A DNA stretch of 57,955 nucleotides, filler included, from Platydemus manokwari (taxonomy: Eukaryota), in NCBI GenBank assembly GCA_037951405.1. It is 5 parts of 5 records of this genome, joined end to end, with 100 filler letters (N's around TTAATTAATTAA, not from the genome) between each part and the next. Parts side by side here need not be neighbours in the genome. Positions count along the whole stretch, not along the records: positions 32,314 to 44,700 come from JBBMOY010162232.1; positions 44,801 to 57,955 come from JBBMOY011818056.1; 3 more parts are not named here. The stretch is one strand, 5' to 3'. Position 1 is the stretch's first letter. Every line of letters starts with the position of its first letter. Below, one piece after another: positions 39,430 through 57,955 of this stretch. Below the pieces are notes generated by a model that was not told the DNA's origin, made no database searches, and worked only from the letters and a program-made list of their open reading frames with translations. Position numbers and translations under genes: made by a program.

Positions 39430-42400
39430 TTGAAAAGGCACTTCAAAATAGGGAAAATAGAAAAACGACGAAGTAAGGAAAATTATGCAATGGAAAAAAC
39501 ATTTGTTTCGTTATGTTCAAGGTTAAAAATGGAGGATAAATTAATAAATGAAGGAATGATGAAAATGAATGCCGATAGATGGGCAGCTGAAGTTCTATCA
39601 TGGATGTTCATAAATTAATATCAAGGATACCCAGCAAAGTGGGATAGCAGATATTGCTTGATAGGACAAACATACATGATAAGGAACAAATTAAGAAAAA
39701 TGCAAGTAAAAATCTATAAATTGGACAAATTAATAAAAGAAAATGAGCAAGGAAAGAACTTTGAACTATGGAAAAATGAGTCGCGCAACATACTCATGGA
39801 AAAAGAAATATTTAAGCCTGAGATAATAATGAATAAATTTGAAGAGAAAATGTGAAAATTTTAGTTTATAATATACGATAATATGGGAAAAAGAATAGTA
39901 AAGGAGGAAATATTTCCACTGGCAACATCAATTCAATTATAAAAAGAGCTAATAATATTAGATTGGTCCGAGGTATTAAATAAGAAGGGGGAAAAGATAA
40001 AATAATGAAAGGAAGTAAAAGAATGTTAGGATGGAAATGCTTAGGGGATTATTTTGATGATAAAAACAATGAACCAATAAAAATAAGGGATATGCCAAAC
40101 ATGGTAAAAACAGAAGAACAATTTGTAAAAGCATTGCATCCACAAGCAACCATAAAAGGTGGAATGACAAACATATCAAACACACCAGAATTAACCTGAA
40201 ATGATAAGATTCAGGAAAGGGAATTAAGCAATTAAACATGATAAGAAGAGATGGAAGAGAAAAGACTGTCAACTATCGATAGTAGCAACAACAATAGGAT
40301 TAGAATGGAGTAGGAAAAGAATGGCAGATGAAGAAAAAACTAAAATAGAAATTAAAATAATAGGCAAATATTGAGAAGAAATTAAAAAGTAAGTTAGGAT
40401 AAGTACAAACGCATCAATAGAGATACTAAGTAGTGAAATAAATAGAATCTGGCCATATGGCATAGATGAAAGGAAGTATAGTGAAAACAAGGCAGGAATG
40501 TTAGCAGGAAAAATACATAACAACATAGAAATAGAGACAATAGGAAAGACATTAAAATTAATGACAGATGGAGTATTCATGTATAAAGAACATCTAGGTT
40601 TCTATCTGATAGATAAGGGTAAATAGAATAGATTTACGACTATAATGAGGCCATAAGGATTTATAACAAGAAAAAGAAATAGGGGAAAATATATTAGTGA
40701 ATGGACAAGAGAACCAGTAAAACTACAAGAAAATCCAGTTTATGAGTTAGAAATAACAATAGGAAAGGAAATACATGACATGGAGAAAAAGATAAGGTAT
40801 AGAATTAGTGAGAGTACGCCAAAACAATGGTTTAGAAAAAGGGTAAGCAAACAACCACCGGATAAATATGTAGAAAGATGGAAGAAAGAAACACCCAAAG
40901 AATTGAAAATAAAATATAGCTTAAGAAGAGAAATCAAGTGAGAAAAATGGGAAATTTTGGATAACGAAATGCAATTCTAGTTATATTTATTAAGAGAAAG
41001 AGACAAAAATGAAATAGTAATAACACCATTAAAAGAGGAATTAACACACTACATGGTAAAGATAGATAGAGAACCCAATAATTGCCCCGATATGGTTAAG
41101 ACAAACGAATTAATATTCAAACATTGGACAATAAAGAAAGTAAGAGGCATTACAAGAACAATATGTAGACCAAACAGAATAGAATAATGTAAAGATAATA
41201 ATCTATCATAATCAAGAACAAATAGCGGTAAGGTTAAATTAAGGCATATATTCAAAGATGATGAAATAAAGTCAATAGAAATAAAGTTCGAGTCAGAAAA
41301 ACTTAATTACAGAACATAATCAATTCTTTGGGATCAATATGAAATAAATATGATAACTTGTGAAGGGGAATTTAAGCAATAAAATAGAATAGAAACAGAA
41401 GTTAAAATAATAGATGGGATAGGCACTAAGTTAATCGAAATAGTGAAAGTAAAAGAAACAGCAACAGTAGAATACCTAAAATATGAAATAGATATAATCT
41501 AGCAATTCAGAAGAGAGGGAACTAGGAAAATGACATATAGTATAAACGTGTGAATGTTAATAAGGAAAAAGGAAACATTACTGGGAGTAACATTAGAATT
41601 AATAACAAAGGGTATATTTATAGATAATGTCTAACTACTGGAATATTACCAAATAAGTGCGAATAAGGAAAATAAATTAATAGCAGTCATGAGAACATGG
41701 GATGAAAGAATAACGGGTATGGAAGATAAGTTACCAATTACGTTACCAATATGGTTACTGGAAGCATTGGTATATCACTTAAAAGTGAAAATAAGAGGAA
41801 GAAAAGAAGAGAAAAAAAAGGTGCAAATGCGTGAATTAAGTGGTTTTAAGAAATGGATAAGAAATCAAACAAAAATACCCTAAGAAAAATAAATAGTGAG
41901 ATGATAAAGTATACCAATAAAATAGAACATAAATATGAACATAAGGGAAAGAAAGAAGAAATCTGGAGGATACTGGATGATGATTACCAGTTTCGACATT
42001 GTCATTTATAAGAAATAGGATGGAATAATATAAAAGATAATGAAAGAAGACAATTTAAAAGATTTTTTCATGGAATATGAAATAAACAAAGTAACAATAA
42101 ATATAATATCAAATAGTCCAACTACTTTACGACCATGACTATGAAATAGAAAAGGAATTGGAAGGAGTTTGGATAATAATGGATAACGAAAAGGATCTTT
42201 GGCAATATTCATTGAATGAAGAACAACCAAATGAAATAATTATTAGTCCAATATGCGAGGAAACAAAATTCATAGTTAATTTTGAAATGGAAAAGAGCGC
42301 ATGTTCATGTAAAACAACTGAATATAAGATGATTCCAAAAGAGGCACAAGTTAAACATTTCAAAAAAATAATCATATGGCAAGCAACAAATAGAGTTGAA

Positions 42401-42520
42401 TGAGATACATCAAATATGATCATTTACCAAAATAAGAAAAGGAAAGTCGGTTGGGAAAAATTAAATGACATCTTGAAAGACGATGAAATAAATACAATAG
42501 AAGTAATAGTGATTACCAAA
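39430..42520 (+). pseudogene. Decayed polyprotein of tandem ubiquitin-like (beta-grasp) domains in three ~1.2-kb super-repeats (element B)
   Basis: Mostly one frame with scattered stops. 40747-40926 aligns without gaps to ubiquitin L15-R74; paralogous units 40342-40650 vs 41395-41694; KDDEI at 41254 and 42476; W.I.DNE..Y.L.E..NEI.I.P..EE at 40948 and 42170. Confidence 0.7.
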
Positions 42521-43451
42521 ATATTTGAAAGATATGCGGAGTCAAAAAAGATAAGAATGGTAAAATGTAGAAGAAAAACCAAAGAGAGAAAAATTGACAG
42601 ACAATGGTCAGTCGACCTGGATGAAATAGTAGATGAAGAAATAAGTGGAGATAATAAAAGTAATGATGATAAGAAAGAAACGTCAAAGAAGAAAAAGAAG
42701 AAAAAGTAGGTTAAAAACACAGAAGTCACTGAAACATCAGGAAAAGACTTCATGAAACGTATAAAGAGAATAAGCAAATAAGGAAACAACAGAATGAATT
42801 AGGGAATTGTATGGGATGTTTACAAGGACAGTATCACGATCCATTTTTCGGATGTCAAAATAACAACAAACTAAAGCACATAGAAATTAAAAAAGTAGTG
42901 TACTCATATCGAAAGGAAATAAATCTGATCACACCTGAATCACAAAATAACGAGGAAGAAGAAAAGAAGTTAGATGAAGAAATAATATATGGCGAAGAAC
43001 ATATACATCAACAACCGATTTTCCTACCTGAATACCAACCGAAAGATAATTATGGATACATACCACAAGTTCCATATGATATTTACGGAAAGGAAAAAAT
43101 TAAACAGTATCTACAAGCATTTGGTGGCGAACCCAGTGTTTTATATAAAAATGAAAAATTGCAAATAAAGACATTAGAGCATTGTATAAGTAATTATTGA
43201 GAAGAAATAAACTGAATAAGCAATAAAATACCTGATAAAAAACCGCTAAGGACGTAATTAATATAATAAATGAGAAGAAAACACTAGAATGGATAATTAC
43301 GACTTTGCAAACAACAACTATTTTAATGAATAATAAAATAATAGATAGAGAAGAAGGAGCGGCATTAATATCAAATGGATATGACAGCGAAATTAACCAA
43401 CATCAAGAATGGCCTAAATTAATTCAAACAATGTTAGAAAAATGACTGAAA

Positions 43452-44135
43452 ATGAAAAAACAAGACGAATCATTAGAGAAACACCATAAGCAAAAATCCA
43501 AATTTGCCACCATATTTCAAACGTTAATAACAATGTATCTAGTAGGAATAATAGAAGGAGGTGATGCGAGAATTAATGGATATGATTGTGGAAAAGATTC
43601 ATTACTAGACATTGATAAATGCCCAGATATTGATTTAACAAAATCAATAGCTAAGGAAATGTATGTATACTATGAATCCAAATTTCTGTTCGACAAAGCT
43701 AAAGAGTGTAAAATAATGTATCAGGAGTTAACATTTCACTGCTCATGGTCATCAGAAGCATATACAACAGTATGAGAACTGGAATGGGCACCAATGGCGG
43801 AGATACCTACAAAGGAAAAATGTAAGCAAGCATTTGAGAATGGAACATATTACTCATCACAAGGACATGCAAAAACATTAGGGAAATGTATAATAAGACA
43901 AACAATAGGACCGGAGGGATGGAGAGGTTCAGGAAGTTATTGTAAAGGTTCAGAATACCAAGTGTGGAATAAGACATTAGAAAATGTAGTAGCACTTAAA
44001 CATTACATCATAGAATTAAAGGAAAGTCAAGCTACATTTGATGCTTAGACAAAAAAAATTAAAACATGGATAAATTGTGAATACGAGAAAGAAATTTGTG
44101 GCACAGGTACTCTGTCAAACATATTCATCACTTGG
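43452..44135 (+). pseudogene. Chuvirus/gB-type class III fusion glycoprotein (env), N-terminal part, two in-frame stops, 3' truncated
   Basis: Hydrophobic leader IFQTLITMYLVGIIEG, then INGYDC..SLLDIDKCP..ECKI..FHC..KCKQAF..GSYCKG..ENVV..HYIIEL..NCEYEKEIC..ITW; Cys spacing parallels 37680-38296. Confidence 0.85.
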
Positions 44136-44139
44136 AAAT

Positions 44140-44562
44140 GTATTGATGATGATTATTTGAAAATTTCTAATCATGAGTTTTCGAGTTAATCAAAAATAGA
44201 ATCGAATAGAATAGAAAAATAGAATAGTTGTATGTTTGACACTTGAAACCCAGGAATTGCTTTCTCTTGTTGTAAGAATTACTTTTGCATTGGGATAAAT
44301 GTTCCTGAAATCTTTGTAAAATGAAACTAAAGGCTCACCTATTGGAAAACAATATCTTTGAAACAATCGATCACACGTTTCTCTATCGATAAATCCACAA
44401 TTGAAATTGTTAATCCACGTCTGACAGTGATCTAGGCAATGATCTATGTATATAACACCTCTGGCCATAGAATCCTCCCAGAGCAAGCTTAAGTGACATA
44501 TTTCCAGTTCTCATACTTCCAGTACTAATGACGAATAAATCGTTTGTTTTTTTATTATTCAT
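44140..44562 (-). pseudogene. Sulfotransferase pseudogene (Sulfotransfer_4 / schistosome SULT-OR-like family), frameshifted and 3' truncated
   Basis: ATG 44562: MNNKKTNDLFVISTGSMRTGNMSLKLALGGFYGQRCY (family motif VIGAG..RTGT.SLK.AL...CYH); frameshift near 44450; then W..DRLFQRY..P..FYKDF..YPNAKVILTTRESNSWVSSV. Confidence 0.85.
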
Positions 44563-44700
44563 TTACAGGAAGCAACGCAAATAATTGTGAATGATTTCAG
44601 GTGCACATAGACATTCTAAAATGTATAAGAGCTAACTAACTAAATGTCTCTCACTCAATTATATAAATACAACATTTCAACAGACAATTTGAAATGACAC

Positions 44701-44800
44701 NNNNNNNNNNNNNNNNNNNNNNNNNNNNNNNNNNNNNNNNNNNNTTAATTAATTAANNNNNNNNNNNNNNNNNNNNNNNNNNNNNNNNNNNNNNNNNNNN
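44701..44800. other. Assembly spacer N44-TTAATTAATTAA-N44
   Basis: Same structure as the other spacers. Confidence 0.97.
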
Positions 44801-45953
44801 TAATGATTATAATAATAATTAAATAATAATCCACAAATAAAATCATATTGATGTTTTAATTGATTATTAGAATTTTCAAATTTGTGAGCAAGAATAAAAT
44901 GTTTCTGGTCAGTTTGTATTTGATTTGGTAATATTTTCGATCAAATAAAGTAAATAATTTTTAAATAAACCTTATCTCAAGAACAATTAATAAAACAAAT
45001 ATCGATTATAAAGATTCAAAAACTGTTAAATATTTACACAAATAAAAAGCGAGAGAAATAATCAATCATCTTTCAAAATATCGATATAGTAAATCTATTC
45101 CAATAAATCGCGATGAATGACGGAATCAAGTGTATACAGAGGTTCAAATGAGAACAAATTTCAATAAAATTTGTGTGACACGATCAAGTGACATTGCATT
45201 GAATATTATTTAGATATTGTTACTTGTACACGAAAATAAATAAATGAGGCAATTCTTATTGCTATAGCCAGAGGTAAGATTAAAATCGAAGTAGGAAAAT
45301 ACACACGCAATGTAAATAAAATAAATCCCATAAAAGTTGATATTTTCTCATGCATTTTAAGTAAAAAATCACATAAATTCTTTCTGCTGATAAAACAAGG
45401 AAATTTATATATCATAAAAAGATTTATTTATGGGACTCTAATATTTTCAAAATCGTTACCATAGCAACGGCTCATAAATTTAATCCAAAACATGTTCCAG
45501 TTGATCCGACATTAATTTATAGACTCGCTTATCTCAAATCGCCTAAAATCTTCCAGAAACAATTAATTTATAGAAATCTTCCAGGACACTATTTTTCTCA
45601 ATGTTTATTGTACAATTTATTGTACTACTTATAATTGTAGTAGAATGTGTTACCTGATAGTTTTTGAGAATGAAATCATGGATTCACCATAAGAATGGAG
45701 AACAGAAACATTTTTTAAATTCAGTTTATATTTTCAGGCTCATCTTATGGAATCCAATTCGGTCACAATTATTTATAATTTCCGAAATGATCTCTATATT
45801 GATTATTTTATATGTGAAAAGATTTTCGATTATGTTTAAATAAATGGGGATTTCTCCTGGAATAATGAATCTTCTGACAGTTTTAATGATAAAAATTTTC
45901 ATTTTACCACCAATTATCTTTAATATGATATCAAGCAACAATGGAATTGATTA

Positions 45954-55051
<9,098 letters not shown>

Positions 55052-57955
55052 ATTATTGTGGAAACTAAAATCGAAACACAAATATTATTAATCGATTTGA
55101 AAAATTCTAATTCGAAATTAAACTTTATTGTAAAAATTGATTATTCATTGATAAATTAATAATTCCTCCATTAGTTGATTTTTAAAGTAAATATAGATAA
55201 ATTTCGAGAATTAAAACAATCATCATAAGGTCAACTAATTTTTTAAATATTTTTTAAAACCAAAAAAACTTTTCATTAAAAACTTATTTAAAATTTTATT
55301 TTTGCAGAAAATTTTCAAGTAAACATTTTATAGATTTTTAATAAAATTTTAAACTTAAAATTTGATGAGTTTCAAAATATTAAGTTACCAAATCTCTGTT
55401 CCACTGTGAAAGGCTACTTTATTACAATTCTAGAGCGTGATTTCAAAATTTTTAAAAAATATTTTTAATCTTGTATTTAAAGCGAAGATTTGAAACATGA
55501 AAACACGTTACTTATTAATTCAATATAATCAATATTTTATAATCTTAATTGTTAATTACTTTTCGATTTCCATTTGATGTTTATTGATTGATTTTCTGAT
55601 AAGGTAATTTTAAATCGAATAGAACAGTGAATCAAACCGTGTTACGTCATCACTCAATCCCAAATATTACCTAATTCTAAGGACCACGGCAAAATTTACA
55701 ATTGTCATATGGCTTCTTAGCTTAATTTGAACAATCTTATCTCAAAAATTTATTGACTTTTCCTAATCGATTTTAAAAAAAAATAATTACAATAAAAAAT
55801 AATTTTTAAATTATTATTATTATTATTTCATTCGAAAACAAGCGGAATAGATTTAATCAAAATATTTAACTATTTTGATACGGTGAAAGAATCCTACGAA
55901 TTTATTAAGAATCACTGTGGGAATTTGACTATATTGATTCAATAACACGAACCAATAGGATGAATTAAAATAATAAAAACCAAAAACGTAAGAATCGATT
56001 TTTTTAAAAGAGAACATAAATAATTAAAGTTTGAGATGACTAATCAAGCTTCATCATCAAGAAACAAAATCAATAGCAAAGGTTATTAAAGGCAATCTAA
56101 AACTCCCACTAACACATCGATTAATTTAAGAAACAAGTTATTTATCACAAATATGCGTGCAAGTTCACCAAAACATGAAAAGTTACTAATTATAGCTCAA
56201 CAAAGAAAATCAGAAATTAATGTGCCACGCATGAATGAAAACAATCATATAAAGTGAGTACGAAGCCGGTTAAGTGCATTTTTCACCTTATTTTGACATT
56301 ATGATTGCCAGTTGTATCATCCAATAATTCAGTGATTACATCGATAATGCTTTGACGTTTATTGCCAAATGTACAACTGATAATACTGGCGATTATAACA
56401 CATTATGTTATCATTAATTGAACATTACTATTCCAGTGTTATAGTGATTGACTCATGAAACCAAAGAGGTGATAATGAATGCTTACAATTGGCTTCAAAC
56501 TGCGAATATCGAAATTTAATTTTGGTGTATGATAAACTAATAAATTGAATTTTATCATAGATCAAATTCACAGGTGAAGATCAATACGCAGAAGCTTGCT
56601 GATTGATTATAATTCTTCTAAAACAAAGCACTAGTTTATTTGAATCGATTTTTTTTACGAAACTACGAATGTTATTGGAAGGGTCACTGATGGTACGAAC
56701 AATATTGAAATAATTAAGATCAGTAGAAATCGGAATGAACTTCGACATGATTTGCAATCCAATAACACTATTAAATATAACGAAATGGAACAAGAAAGAC
56801 CATAATCAATAATATAACGTTTATTAAACTTAGAAAAACAATTTAAAGAAAACTCAGTCAAAATCCCAACTGACATTTTGGTCCAACGAACTATTATTTA
56901 ACAAAGATGACAATTTATTGGCTTGAAGCCTACATGTGCAATTCATTCAGTTACCATTAATAAACTTGATTGGTCATATAAAGGTAGATCAAAATTATGT
57001 CATCTAATCCGATGATGGATAATATATAAGGCATTATACAATGATAATATATCTACTAGAAATGAAATTTGTAAAATGGTTATTAACGATTAACAGTTTA
57101 ATAAGAAGTTCAAAATAAATAAAATAAAAATTTTAGAAAATTCGTTCGTTGTAAGTTTTCTCCAATAAGTAAGTTGGGCAGCCAATCTATGCGTTCGACG
57201 TGAATACTGTTGAGACTCAGAGGTGTTGAATTTGAGTGAGGTAGTTAAAACTAGAAATTACATCAAAATGATAAAAATATCTTTCAATGTAGTCACATGG
57301 AGAAAGGAGAAAACAGGAAAATATCCTAAAGTAATTTAATGGAGATAAGGTGAATGGAAAGTGAAAATTTCAAAATGACAGAATTTTACTGCATTGTTTT
57401 TAGTTAAATCCTAAATTTCAGACAATTATACCAGAGATGCGATGTTGAATTTTGATGAATATCTCATTGATGATAAAATGTACCAACTCCTATTCTGAGC
57501 CACATAAAATCAATTAAGGAAAAGTAGCCAGGTCATTTCAAGCTTACTTGAGTACAAAATACAAGATGAATGCATTCTCTTGTATTAAAAGTATGATGAG
57601 GAAGCAATTTATTAAGTGATACGGTACGCAAGCACGATAGAGAAGTAAAACTTTTTAAAGATCCGAATTACCAGAATTTTAACTCAAAGAAAGTCAGTCG
57701 CAGTGGACTGAAATTAGAAAGTGTTTACAAATTTATTCTACGATAATTTAATTTAATTTTATTAAGGAAATGATAACTCAATCGATAATCATAAAAATCT
57801 ATAAGCACAATTCAAAATATAATGAGCACTTGTTGTCCTGCTGTAGCCAGCTCTTTTCATCCAGATCTCTTTTTGACCTGTGCTGAGTGGCATTAGTTGT
57901 CATCACTAGTATTGTTCGGCCGACTCTAAGTCACGATAGCTTGGAATTTATCATA

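Noticed and set aside
39976-42789. Hydrophobic minus-strand ORFs resembling membrane proteins (also 38902-39165 on plus)
   Set aside because: Antisense of A-rich coding sequence gives Leu/Phe/Ile-rich frames; conserved motifs lie on the opposite strand.
18001-44135. Functional link between the convertase and the env proteins (furin processing)
   Set aside because: They lie on different contigs separated by artificial spacers.
55900-57955. Coding-like and LTR-like patches upstream of the kinase
   Set aside because: No recognisable motifs, termini or splice-consistent frames.

Overview
AT-rich eukaryotic genomic DNA, most likely a flatworm/planarian (inferred from ~50-nt introns, an SmSULT-type sulfotransferase, an intronless Srw-like GPCR and the transposon spectrum). 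The window is not contiguous: four identical 100-bp spacers (N44-TTAATTAATTAA-N44) join five pieces (1-11303, 11404-21335, 21436-32213, 32314-44700, 44801-57955), so linkage across spacers is unproven. Host genes found by manual splicing, most missed by the ORF track: two tandem two-repeat beta-thymosin genes, five exons of a divergent kexin/furin-family convertase, the last two exons of G-alpha-o, an intronless class A GPCR, a sulfotransferase pseudogene, and the first seven exons of a MAP4K4/Misshapen kinase. Mobile DNA includes a Buster-type hAT, an internally deleted Tc1/mariner, a MITE, a Polinton pPolB fragment, LINE/Penelope remnants, solo-LTR candidates and satellites. The standout is piece 4, with two divergently oriented, decayed retroelement/virus-like regions, each encoding a chuvirus/gB-type (class III) fusion glycoprotein. 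One glycoprotein abuts a Ty3/Gypsy integrase fragment. The other follows a ~3-kb decayed reading frame of tandem ubiquitin-like domains arranged in three ~1.2-kb super-repeats. All domain calls are by-eye motif recognition; no searches were run.
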